From positions 1 to 25,570 of the forward strand of contig JAYPJE010000053.1 in assembly GCA_038128265.1 (NCBI GenBank): a DNA stretch of 25,570 bases, in the 5' to 3' direction. Every line of letters starts with the position of its first letter. Position 1 is the first letter of the stretch. Positions 16,782-25,184 of this stretch are shown one piece after another. Under the pieces are notes generated by a model, which worked only from the letters and a program-made list of their open reading frames with translations, ran no database searches and had not been told where the DNA came from. Source of the stretch: Gemmatimonadota bacterium. GTDB lineage: Bacteria > Latescibacterota > UBA2968 > UBA8231. The translations under genes were made by a program, and so were the position numbers.

Positions 16782-18149
16782 ATGGAATTCAAGCAGACCA
16801 GTGGCATGCTCAGCCTAGAGGAACTCGAACAGGCCGTGCGCGAGGACCGCGTCGAAACGGTGCTGGCCGTCTTTCCCGACCTCTATGGACGCCTCGTCGG
16901 CAAGCGCATTGCCGCGCGCTACTTTCTCGACCACGTCGCCGAGCACGGCATGCACGCCTGCGACTACCTCTTTACCGTCGATATGGAAATGGACGTCGTC
17001 GAAGGCTATGATTTTGCCAACTGGCACAAGGGCTATGGGGACGTCCACTGCGTGCCCGACTGGTCTACGCTGCGCATGGCCACGTGGCTGGAGCGATCGG
17101 CCCTCATCGTCTGCGACGTGCACGACGAAGTGGCGCACGAGTTGGTGTCGATCGCCCCGCGCACCCTGCTCAAACGGCAGCTGGCCGAGCTGGCCGAGCT
17201 GGGTTTTAGCGCCAAAGGCGGCTCCGAACTGGAGTACTACCTCTTCAAGGACTCGTATGAAGAAGCCCACGCTAAGGGCTACGAGAATCTGCAGCCCTTC
17301 AGCACCTACATCGAAGACTACCACATGCTGCAGGGCACAAAGGAGGAGCAGATAAACGCCGCCGTGCGCCGCCATATGGAGGCCAGCGGTATCCCGGTCG
17401 AGTTTAGCAAAGGCGAGTGGGGCCCCGGGCAGCACGAACTCAATCTGCGCTACACCGAAGTGCTGGAAATGGCCGACCGCCAGTGCATTTACAAACAGGC
17501 CTTCAAGGAAATCGCCTGGGCGCAGCACATCGCCGTCTCCTTTATGGCCAAGTGGCGCAGCGACCTGGCCGGCTCTAGCATGCATCTGCACCTGAGCCTG
17601 TGGGACGAGCAGGGCCGCAGCGCCTTTGCCGACGATACGTCCGATACCTTTCGCCACTTTCTCGGCGGCTGGATGCACCACGCGCGCGCCATCGCCCCGT
17701 TTTACGCGCCCTACCCCAATTCCTACAAACGCTATGTCTACCAATCGTGGGCGCCCACGCGCATCGCCTGGAGCCGCGACAACCGCACGGCGGGATTTCG
17801 CATTGTCGGCAGCGGGGCCAGTCAGCGCATTGAATCGCGCCTGCCCGGCGCCGATGCCAACCCCTATTTGGCCTATGCCGCCGCACTGGCTGCCGGTATA
17901 GACGGCATTAAAAACCGCATTGAACCGCCACCCATTTTTAGCGGCGACGCCTATGGGGACAATTCTGCGGCAAGGGTGCCGGCCAATCTATCCGAGGCAA
18001 CAGACCTGCTCGAAGAGTCGCAGATGCTGCGTCGCTCCCTTGGAGAAGAGGTCGTTGACCACTACGTCCATTTTTTCCGCACCGAACAGCGCAAATACGA
18101 CGAAGCCGTTACGTCGTGGGAGCGCGCCCGCTACTTTGAGCGCGGTTAG
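16782..18149 (+). CDS. Glutamine synthetase-like gamma-glutamyl-amine ligase (GlnA4/PuuA type)
   Basis: Motifs DLYGRLVGKR, GYGD, ELEYYL, SKGEWGPGQHE, FMAK..GSSMHLHLSL, NSYKR, WAPT...W..DNRT, RIESRLPGADANPY and WERARYFE. WAPT (rather than EAP) marks a GS-like enzyme, not a housekeeping GlnA. Confidence 0.85.
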   Translation: MEFKQTSGMLSLEELEQAVREDRVETVLAVFPDLYGRLVGKRIAARYFLDHVAEHGMHACDYLFTVDMEMDVVEGYDFANWHKGYGDVHCVPDWSTLRMATWLERSALIVCDVHDEVAHELVSIAPRTLLKRQLAELAELGFSAKGGSELEYYLFKDSYEEAHAKGYENLQPFSTYIEDYHMLQGTKEEQINAAVRRHMEASGIPVEFSKGEWGPGQHELNLRYTEVLEMADRQCIYKQAFKEIAWAQHIAVSFMAKWRSDLAGSSMHLHLSLWDEQGRSAFADDTSDTFRHFLGGWMHHARAIAPFYAPYPNSYKRYVYQSWAPTRIAWSRDNRTAGFRIVGSGASQRIESRLPGADANPYLAYAAALAAGIDGIKNRIEPPPIFSGDAYGDNSAARVPANLSEATDLLEESQMLRRSLGEEVVDHYVHFFRTEQRKYDEAVTSWERARYFERG

Positions 18150-18161
18150 CACCACTCCGTC

Positions 18162-18935
18162 ATGAGACTCCGAGACAAGGTCGTCTTAATTACCGGCGCC
18201 GGCGGCGGCATCGGCTATCACAGCGCCCTGCGCTGCGCAGCAGAAGGCGCGCGCGTGGTCGCCGTCGACGTAGATGGGGCCGCGGCCGACAGGACCGCCG
18301 ACCAAGTGATCCGGGACGGAGGACAGTGCATCGCGCAGCGGGCCGACATTTCGCAAGACGCCGACTGCTGCGCCATGATCACTGCTGCCGAAGCGGCCTA
18401 TGGCCGTCTCGACGTGCTCTTTAACAACGCCGGTATTTCGCATATCGACGACGGCGATGCCGTCGACACGGACGAAGCCGTGTGGGATTTGACGATGGAC
18501 GTCAACCTGAAGGGCGTCTTCTTGGGCTGCAAACACGGTATTCCCGCCCTGCGGCGAGCCGGCGGTGGCTCCATTATCAACACGGCTTCCTTTGTTGCCC
18601 TGCTGGGTGCGGCTACCCCGCAAATTGCCTACACCGCCAGCAAGGGCGGCGTGCTGGCCATGAGCCGCGAGCTAGCCACCATACACGCGCGCGAGCACAT
18701 CCGCGTCAACGCGCTGTGTCCGGGCCCGCTGCGCACCGAACTGCTGATGAAGTATCTGGATACCGAGGAAAAGCGCCAGCGTCGATTGGTGCACATTCCC
18801 ATCGGACGCTTTGGTGAGGCCGATGAAATTGCCCAGACCGTCGTCTTCTTGGCCTCCGACGAATCCTCCTACATAACGGGCACGTCCTTCACCGTCGACG
18901 GTGGTATAACGGCCGCCTACGTAACGCCGGAATAG
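18162..18935 (+). CDS. Short-chain dehydrogenase/reductase of the type found beside glnA4
   Basis: Motifs TGAGGGIG, NNAG, YTASK, RRLVHIPIGRF and DGGITAAYVTP. Confidence 0.9.
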   Translation: MRLRDKVVLITGAGGGIGYHSALRCAAEGARVVAVDVDGAAADRTADQVIRDGGQCIAQRADISQDADCCAMITAAEAAYGRLDVLFNNAGISHIDDGDAVDTDEAVWDLTMDVNLKGVFLGCKHGIPALRRAGGGSIINTASFVALLGAATPQIAYTASKGGVLAMSRELATIHAREHIRVNALCPGPLRTELLMKYLDTEEKRQRRLVHIPIGRFGEADEIAQTVVFLASDESSYITGTSFTVDGGITAAYVTPE

Positions 18936-18966
18936 CACCCAATCCCACGCATTCTATAGGACCTCC

Positions 18967-19614
18967 ATGCAACGCGCCGCTTTATTTGATCTAGATGGTA
19001 CCCTGCTCGACACGTTGGACGATTTAGCCGATTCGATGAACGCGGCCCTCGAGCGCTGCGGCTTTGCGCAGCATCCGGTGGACGCCTATCGCTACTTCGT
19101 CGGCGACGGCATCGACGTGCTAGTGCAGCGCGTGCTGCCGGCCGATGCGTATAACGAGGAAGTTCATGCGAAACTCAAGGCGGCGATGAACGATGAATAC
19201 AGCCGGCGCTGGAACGTCAAGAGTCGGCCCTACGAGGGGGTGCCGGCTCTGCTCGATGCCCTGCAAGAGCGCGGCATTGCGATGGCCGTGCTATCGAATA
19301 AACCCGAACCCTTTACGCTGAAAGCCGTGTCCAACTTGCTAGCCGATTGGCGCTTTGCCATCGTGCGTGGAGCGCGGCCCGGCGTGCCGACCAAACCCGA
19401 TCCGACAGCGGCGCTGCACATCGCCGATGAAATGGCTGTTCCTCCCAGCGAATTTCTGTATTTGGGCGACACCAATACCGATATGCAGACGGCGCGCGCG
19501 GCGGGCATGCACGCGCTGGGTGTAACCTGGGGTTTTCGCCCGGGCGAAGAGCTCTTGCAAAGCGGAGCGCACGATCTGCTGCAAACGCCGCTCCAACTCT
19601 TGGGCCGGCTCTGA
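18967..19614 (+). CDS. HAD-IA phosphatase, phosphoglycolate-phosphatase-like
   Basis: Motifs FDLDGTLLDT, LSNK, KPDP, YLGDTNTDM and GVTWGF. Confidence 0.88.
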   Translation: MQRAALFDLDGTLLDTLDDLADSMNAALERCGFAQHPVDAYRYFVGDGIDVLVQRVLPADAYNEEVHAKLKAAMNDEYSRRWNVKSRPYEGVPALLDALQERGIAMAVLSNKPEPFTLKAVSNLLADWRFAIVRGARPGVPTKPDPTAALHIADEMAVPPSEFLYLGDTNTDMQTARAAGMHALGVTWGFRPGEELLQSGAHDLLQTPLQLLGRL

Positions 19615-19671
19615 AATGTATCTATTTTAACGGCGTTCACACCTTCGCCTCAACCAGGAGAAAGCTGCCCC

Positions 19672-20985
19672 ATGGCCGAATTTTTCAAAGGCATCAAGAA
19701 GATAAAATACGAGGGCCCCGATTCGAAAAACCCGCTCGCTTTCAAGCACTACAACGCCCGAGAAAAAGTGGGTAAGAAGACCATGGAGGAACATCTGCGC
19801 TTTTCCGTGGCCTACTGGCACACCTTCAAGGGCGGCGGCACCGATCCCTTTGGACCCACTCCGGTATACGATCGCCCGTGGGATCAGTCCAGCGACCCCA
19901 TGCAGCGGGCCGAGGATACGCTGCAGGCCGCCTTCGAGTTTATTGGCAAGCTGGGGGCCCCCTTTTACTGCTGGCACGATCGCGATATCGCACCGGAGGG
20001 CGACACGCTGAGAGAGACCAACGGGCGCCTCGACCACATCGTCGCCATGGCAAAGAAGCTCCAGCGCGACACGGGCATCAAACTGCTGTGGGGCACATCC
20101 AACTGCTTCTCACACGAACGCTTCACGCACGGTGCGGGCACCAATCCCGATGCTCACGTCTTTGCCTGGGCCGCCGCACAGATCAAAAAAGCAATGGAGT
20201 GCACGCACGAGTTAAAGGGAGCCAATTACGTGTTCTGGGGCGGACGCGAGGGGTATTCCAACCTGCTAAACACCAATATGGCGCACGAGCAGGAACAAAT
20301 GGCGCACCTCCTGCACATGGCCGTCGATCACAAAAAGCGCATCGGCTTTAAGGGAACGCTGCTCATCGAGCCCAAGCCCAAGGAACCGACCAAGCACCAG
20401 TATGACTTCGACTCGGCGACCGTGCTCAGCTTTCTGCGCAAATACGATCTGCTCGACGAGTTTAAGATCAACGTGGAGGCCAACCACGCCACGCTAGCCG
20501 GCCACACCTTTGAGCACGATCTGGCCGTCGCCTCAGCCGAGGGCAAACTCGGCAGCATTGACGCCAACCGCGGCGACTATCTGCTGGGCTGGGACACCGA
20601 TCAGTTCCCCACCGACCTCTACAGCACAACCTACGCCATGCTCGTCATTCTCAAGCAGGGCGGGCTCGGGCGCGGCGGCGTCAACTTCGATGCCAAGCTG
20701 CGCCGCGGGTCTTTTGATCTGGAAGATATGTTTCACGCGCACATCGGCGGCATGGATTCCTTTGCGCGCGGCCTGCGCACCGCGCAAAGGATTATCGACG
20801 ACGGCGTGCTCGACGACTTTATCAAGGCGCGCTACGGCTCGTATCGAAGCGGCATCGGGCGCAAGATCATGCAGGGCAAAGCCACGCTGGCCGATATGGA
20901 GCGCTACGTCATTAAAAACGGCGAGCCAGCCAAGCGCAGCGGGCGCGAAGAAATGCTGGAAAACATTATCAACACCTACATATAG
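19672..20985 (+). CDS. xylA: Xylose isomerase (class II)
   Basis: Motifs HLRFSVAYWHTF, HDRD, FWGGREGY, LIEPKPKEPTKHQYDFD, EANHATLAGH, GWDTDQF and NFDAK. AGGAG RBS. Confidence 0.96.
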   Translation: MAEFFKGIKKIKYEGPDSKNPLAFKHYNAREKVGKKTMEEHLRFSVAYWHTFKGGGTDPFGPTPVYDRPWDQSSDPMQRAEDTLQAAFEFIGKLGAPFYCWHDRDIAPEGDTLRETNGRLDHIVAMAKKLQRDTGIKLLWGTSNCFSHERFTHGAGTNPDAHVFAWAAAQIKKAMECTHELKGANYVFWGGREGYSNLLNTNMAHEQEQMAHLLHMAVDHKKRIGFKGTLLIEPKPKEPTKHQYDFDSATVLSFLRKYDLLDEFKINVEANHATLAGHTFEHDLAVASAEGKLGSIDANRGDYLLGWDTDQFPTDLYSTTYAMLVILKQGGLGRGGVNFDAKLRRGSFDLEDMFHAHIGGMDSFARGLRTAQRIIDDGVLDDFIKARYGSYRSGIGRKIMQGKATLADMERYVIKNGEPAKRSGREEMLENIINTYI

Positions 20986-21034
20986 GATTTCGGAACGCGC
21001 ACGCATAAACGGGTGCGCCAACCCAGTCCAACGC

Positions 21035-21085
21035 AAAAGGGCGGCCGCTCCCAACCAATGGGGAACGGCCGCCCTTCACTTTTTT
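21035..21085. terminator. Bidirectional intrinsic terminator between convergent xylA and nadA
   Basis: AAGGGCGGCCG-c-TCCC (21037-21052) pairs with GGGA-a-CGGCCGCCCTT (21061-21076) around an 8-nt loop. There is a T-tract downstream and an A-tract upstream. Confidence 0.85.
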
Positions 21086-21096
21086 CTATATCAGAC

Positions 21097-22071
21097 TCAG
21101 TCGTCGCGCGGCACGGCCATCATGCGCTCTAATGCACGCCGTGCGCCCTCGATTACATCGTCTTCGAGAAGAATCTCAAAGCGCTCTTCGGCGAGAGAGA
21201 AATAGAGGTCTTGTAAACTGGTCACCTTCATGTAGGGACAGTGTAGACGGCAGCCAATACAGCCATCTGCCGCGACGAACTCGCGGTCGGGAAAGCGCTG
21301 CTTCAATTGGTGCAGCATGCCGTTTTCCGTGGCGATGATAAAGGTCTTCGCGTCGGGGTATTTCTCCACCGCGCCGAGCATTCCCGTAGTCGAGCACACT
21401 TCGTCGGCCATTTCCACTACGTCCTGGCGACATTCGGGATGGGCGATAATTACGGCGTCGGGAAAATCGCCGCGCGTGCGCTCAACGCTGGCTGCGCGCA
21501 GCACGTCGTGCGTCGGGCAGGCACCGTCGTAAATGACGATTTCTTTTTCTGGCACCTGCTGCGCAACCCAGCGGCCCAAATTGCGATCCGGCGTAAAGAG
21601 GACCTTGTCGGTGTCGAGGCTGCGCACGACCGATACGGCGTTGGCCGAGGTGCAGCATATATCGGACTCGGCTTTTACCTCAGCCGTCGAGTTTACATAG
21701 GTTACGACTTCGTGATCCGGGTAGCGCTGTTTCCAATCGTCGAGACTCTCGGGCGTAATGGAATCGGCCAGCGAACACCCCGCCCCCAAATTGGGCAGCA
21801 GCACCTTTTTCTGCGGGCTGAGAATCTTGGCGGACTCCGCCATAAAGTGCACTCCGCAAAACACGATGATATCCGCATCGGTCTTCGACGCCTCAATCGA
21901 CAGGCCCAGCGAATCGCCCGTTACGTCGGCGATGTCCTGCACCTCGGAAATCTGGTAGTTGTGCGCCAAAATGACCGCGTTTTTCTCTTCGCGCAGGCGA
22001 TTGATCTGGGCAACCAGTTCATCGGCTGGCAGATCGGAGCTAGCGGCGGTCGGCGTCTGCATCTGCGTCAT
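21097..22071 (-). CDS. nadA: Quinolinate synthase
   Basis: Motifs ILAHNYQ, GDSL, FCGVHFMAE, AGCSLA, YVNS, CTSANA, CPTH, HPEC, STTGM, ATE and CPYMK. Confidence 0.95.
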   Translation of the reverse strand: MTQMQTPTAASSDLPADELVAQINRLREEKNAVILAHNYQISEVQDIADVTGDSLGLSIEASKTDADIIVFCGVHFMAESAKILSPQKKVLLPNLGAGCSLADSITPESLDDWKQRYPDHEVVTYVNSTAEVKAESDICCTSANAVSVVRSLDTDKVLFTPDRNLGRWVAQQVPEKEIVIYDGACPTHDVLRAASVERTRGDFPDAVIIAHPECRQDVVEMADEVCSTTGMLGAVEKYPDAKTFIIATENGMLHQLKQRFPDREFVAADGCIGCRLHCPYMKVTSLQDLYFSLAEERFEILLEDDVIEGARRALERMMAVPRDD

Positions 22072-22280
22072 GAAGTAACCTGTGCTCCTTCGTCGGGTTC
22101 AACGGCTTCGGTGCCGTTGGGAAATACGCGCCAAAACTCCTTGCGAATCAGACCGGTAATCATTGCGCTCTTACTCGTGCCGTGATAGCGCGCAATCGCA
22201 TCCAACATGGCGTAGTCGCGATCCGTGGCGGAGAACGTGCGAACTTTTGCTTTGTTTCCCTCTCGTTTTGCTGGCGGCAT
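22068..22280 (-). CDS. Small ribbon-helix-helix (CopG/MetJ-like) DNA-binding protein, 70 aa
   Basis: KVRTFS strand, then DRDYAMLDAIARYHG helix, GTSKS turn and AMITGLIRKE helix. Its stop overlaps the nadA start (ATGA). Confidence 0.7.
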   Translation of the reverse strand: MPPAKREGNKAKVRTFSATDRDYAMLDAIARYHGTSKSAMITGLIRKEFWRVFPNGTEAVEPDEGAQVTS

Positions 22281-22322
22281 ATTATTTAAAAGTTATATAA
22301 TTTTTAATGAATTCGTAGAAAT

Positions 22323-22351
22323 AACCTACGTAATCACACCTACATCGTCAA
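22323..22351 (-). promoter_or_regulatory. Sigma70 promoter of the RHH-nadA operon
   Basis: TTGACG (22351-22346), N17, TAGGTT (22328-22323), within an AT-rich intergenic region. Confidence 0.6.
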
Positions 22352-22432
22352 TATTTTTGTGTGAATTTGCTCGCTGATTCTACACTGCCTATGGCGCTGG
22401 CAGCACACCCCAATTTCGAGAGGTAGAAGCGC

Positions 22433-23869
22433 TTAGTCTACCTTTTCACCTACCCGATGCAGGCGCAGCGTATTGGTCGTACCTGGCCGATTGCTCGGCA
22501 TGCCGGCGAGAAAGACCAGACTGTCTCCCACGCGAATGTTCTCTTCGCTTACCAACCGCTCCTCAACGACCTCAATCATATCCTGCGTGCGCTCGACGTA
22601 GTCGGCAAAACGCGGCTCAATACCCCAGTTCAAGCACAGTCGTCGCTGCACGCGCTCGTTTGGAGTAAACGCGTAGGCCGGCGTCTGCGGGCGCGACTTG
22701 GCAATGAGTTCGGCACTAAAACCGGATTGGGTAAAGGCGACAATCGCCGCCGCCTGCGTGTCGGCGGCTACCTGGCCCGCTGCCTCGGCTATGGCGTCGG
22801 AAAAAGAGAGCGGTGCAACGCGGCGCGCGCGGCGTCGCTGCTCGGGCTGGGCAGCGACGTTGCGCTCGGCCTCACAGACGATGCGATCCATCATCCGCAC
22901 GGCTTCAATGGGATGGGACCCCATAGCCGTCTCCCCGGACAGCATCACCGCATCCGTGCCGTCGAATACGGCGTTGGCCACATCGGATGCCTCGGCGCGC
23001 GTCGGGCGCGGGTTTTCGATCATCGACTCAAGCATCTGCGTCGCCGTTATAACGGGCTTGCCGACCGCGGCACAGGCGCGAATAATGGTCTTTTGAATAA
23101 AGGGCACGCGCTCGGGCGACATCTCCACACCCAGATCGCCGCGCGCGACCATGATGGCATCGGCCGCGTCGATAATTGCATCGAGCGCTTCGATCGCCTG
23201 CGGCTTTTCCAGTTTGGCCACCACGCCCACGTCGGCGTGCAGGCGCGCTAGTTCGTTTTTTAGTTCAACCACATCAGCCGGACTGCGCACAAACGACAGG
23301 GCCACCCAGTCGACGCCCTGCTCGACTCCAAAGGCCAAATCCGCCAAGTCCTTTTCCGTCATAGACGGCACGCTCAGCTGGGCGCCCGGCAGGTTGATGC
23401 CCGCGCGCTGGCGCAGGTGGCCGCCGTCGATCACGGTGCACTCGACTTCCGTTGCAGTCACCCGTTCTACCACTAGGCGCAGCAGTCCATCGCTGAGCAG
23501 AATTTCATCGCCAGCGTTTACGTCGGCCGGCAGCGCCTTATACGTGGTGGTTGCGCGCTCCACATCGCCTTCCACCTCTTCAATGGTGAGGGTAAAACGC
23601 GCACCGCGCTCCAGCTCAACTCCGCCGTCTCGCAGCGTGCCCAAGCGGATTTTGGGGCCCTGCAGATCCTGTAAGATGGCCAGCGGCTCGCCCATCTCAC
23701 CGGCGATACGGCGCAGATCGGCAATGACGGCGGCATGGTCGGCGTGGCTGCCGTGTGAAAAGTTTAGGCGCGCCACGTTCATGCCCGCACCGATCAGCGC
23801 GCGCAGTACATCCGGCGAGCGGCTAGCCGGCCCAACAGTGCATACGATTTTAGCGCGCCGGACGCTCAT
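22433..23869 (-). CDS. pyk: Pyruvate kinase
   Basis: Motifs KIVCTVGPAS, RLNFSHG, DLQGPKIR, AKLEK, MVARGDLGVE, ATQMLESM, RAEASDVANA and MLSGETA. The start overlaps the dapL TGA. Confidence 0.96.
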   Translation of the reverse strand: MSVRRAKIVCTVGPASRSPDVLRALIGAGMNVARLNFSHGSHADHAAVIADLRRIAGEMGEPLAILQDLQGPKIRLGTLRDGGVELERGARFTLTIEEVEGDVERATTTYKALPADVNAGDEILLSDGLLRLVVERVTATEVECTVIDGGHLRQRAGINLPGAQLSVPSMTEKDLADLAFGVEQGVDWVALSFVRSPADVVELKNELARLHADVGVVAKLEKPQAIEALDAIIDAADAIMVARGDLGVEMSPERVPFIQKTIIRACAAVGKPVITATQMLESMIENPRPTRAEASDVANAVFDGTDAVMLSGETAMGSHPIEAVRMMDRIVCEAERNVAAQPEQRRRARRVAPLSFSDAIAEAAGQVAADTQAAAIVAFTQSGFSAELIAKSRPQTPAYAFTPNERVQRRLCLNWGIEPRFADYVERTQDMIEVVEERLVSEENIRVGDSLVFLAGMPSNRPGTTNTLRLHRVGEKVD

Positions 23870-25092
23870 CACAGCGCGGCGATGCGCGCCATGGCCTCAT
23901 CGATCTTGTCGCGGTGGTTGAAGGCCGAGAGGCGGAAATAGCCTTCACCCGCTGCGCCAAAACCCGCACCCGGCGTGCCGACGACGTTGGCCTTCTCCAG
24001 CAAATAGTCAAAGAAACCCCAGCTGTCGTGGCCCTCGGGCGTCCTCAACCATAGGTAGGGCGCGTGCACGCCGCCGTAGACCTGGATGCCGGCTGCCGTC
24101 AGCTTGTCGCGCATGATAGAAGCGTTTTCAAGGTAGAAGGCAATCGTATCGGCAATAGCCTTTTTGCCTTCGGGCGCGTAGGCCGCCTCGGCACCGCGCT
24201 GGACGGGGTAGGCAACGCCGTTGAACCGGGTGGAATGGCGGCGCGCCCACAGGCGGTGCAGGTCAACGGCCTCGCCGGCCTTTGTATAGCCCTGCAGTTC
24301 TTTGGGCACCACCGTATAGCCGCAGCGAATGCCGGTGAAGCCGGCATTTTTCGAGAACGAGCGAAACTCGATAGCCACCTCGCGCCCCCCCTCGACCTCG
24401 TAAATCGAATGCGGGATGGTCTCGTCGGTTATGTAGCCCTCATAGGCCGAGTCAAACAGAATGATCGCCTTTTCGCGCTGGGCGTAGGCAATCCACTCAG
24501 CCAGCGCCTCGCGCGTCATCACCGTGCCGGTGGGGTTGTTGGGCGAGCACAGATAGATGATGTCGACGCTGCCTTCGGGCAGCGGCGGAGCGAAGCCGTT
24601 ATCGGCGGTGCACGGCAGGTAGACCATCCCCTCGTAGCGGCCGTCTTTTGCTCCACCCGTGCGCCCAGCCATGACGTTACTATCGCAGTAAACCGGGTAG
24701 ACCGGGTCGGTCAGCGCTACCGTGCAATCGGTGCCGAAAATTTCTTGGATACTGCCCGAGTCGCACTTGGCGCCGTCCGAGACAAAGACCTCACTGATGT
24801 CGACTTGCACGCCGCGCGCGGCAAAGTCGTTGTCGACAATGGCCTGGCGCAGCCATTCCTGCCCCTGATCGGGCGGATAGCCCTGGAAGCTCTCGTCGTG
24901 CGCCATTTCTTCGACGGCGTCTTTCATCGCATCAACGATGGGACGCGGAATGCCCTTGACGACGTCGCCGATTCCCAGGCGAATGACGTCGGCCTGCGGA
25001 TTGGCCGCGGCAAAGGCATTGACGCGGCGTCCAATTTCGGGAAACAGGTAACCAGCCGCTAGTTTGAGGTAATTTTCGTTGATGTGTGCCAT
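23869..25092 (-). CDS. dapL: LL-diaminopimelate aminotransferase
   Basis: Motifs [51 protein letters not shown] and [13 protein letters not shown] 25092 has AGGAAG upstream. Confidence 0.93.
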   Translation of the reverse strand: MAHINENYLKLAAGYLFPEIGRRVNAFAAANPQADVIRLGIGDVVKGIPRPIVDAMKDAVEEMAHDESFQGYPPDQGQEWLRQAIVDNDFAARGVQVDISEVFVSDGAKCDSGSIQEIFGTDCTVALTDPVYPVYCDSNVMAGRTGGAKDGRYEGMVYLPCTADNGFAPPLPEGSVDIIYLCSPNNPTGTVMTREALAEWIAYAQREKAIILFDSAYEGYITDETIPHSIYEVEGGREVAIEFRSFSKNAGFTGIRCGYTVVPKELQGYTKAGEAVDLHRLWARRHSTRFNGVAYPVQRGAEAAYAPEGKKAIADTIAFYLENASIMRDKLTAAGIQVYGGVHAPYLWLRTPEGHDSWGFFDYLLEKANVVGTPGAGFGAAGEGYFRLSAFNHRDKIDEAMARIAAL

Positions 25093-25144
25093 GGTATTTC
25101 TTTTCTTCCTAAGATGATGAATTGGCGCGTTGTATGCGCGCAGG

Positions 25145-25173
25145 AATCTAACGCAGCATGCTCTTTCTATCAA
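25145..25173 (-). promoter_or_regulatory. Sigma70 promoter of dapL-pyk
   Basis: TTGATA (25173-25168), N17, TAGATT (25150-25145). Confidence 0.55.
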
Positions 25174-25184
25174 GCGAGTACACT

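Noticed and set aside
16782..18149. Housekeeping glutamine synthetase glnA
   Set aside because: WAPT replaces the EAP flap motif, and the SDR context indicates a gamma-glutamyl-amine ligase.
19672..20985. xylA without xylB or a transporter as an unusual system
   Set aside because: Unlinked xylA is common, and the protein looks entirely canonical.
22068..22280. Toxin-antitoxin module or plasmid/mobile element implied by the CopG-like gene
   Set aside because: There is no toxin, replication, integrase or transposase gene, and the flanks are the core genes pyk and nadA.
16815..25062. Long antisense ORFs (16815..17744, 21307..22185, 22457..23251, 23151..23921, 24064..25062)
   Set aside because: They are shadows of well-conserved genes caused by GC-rich codon bias and carry no motifs of their own.
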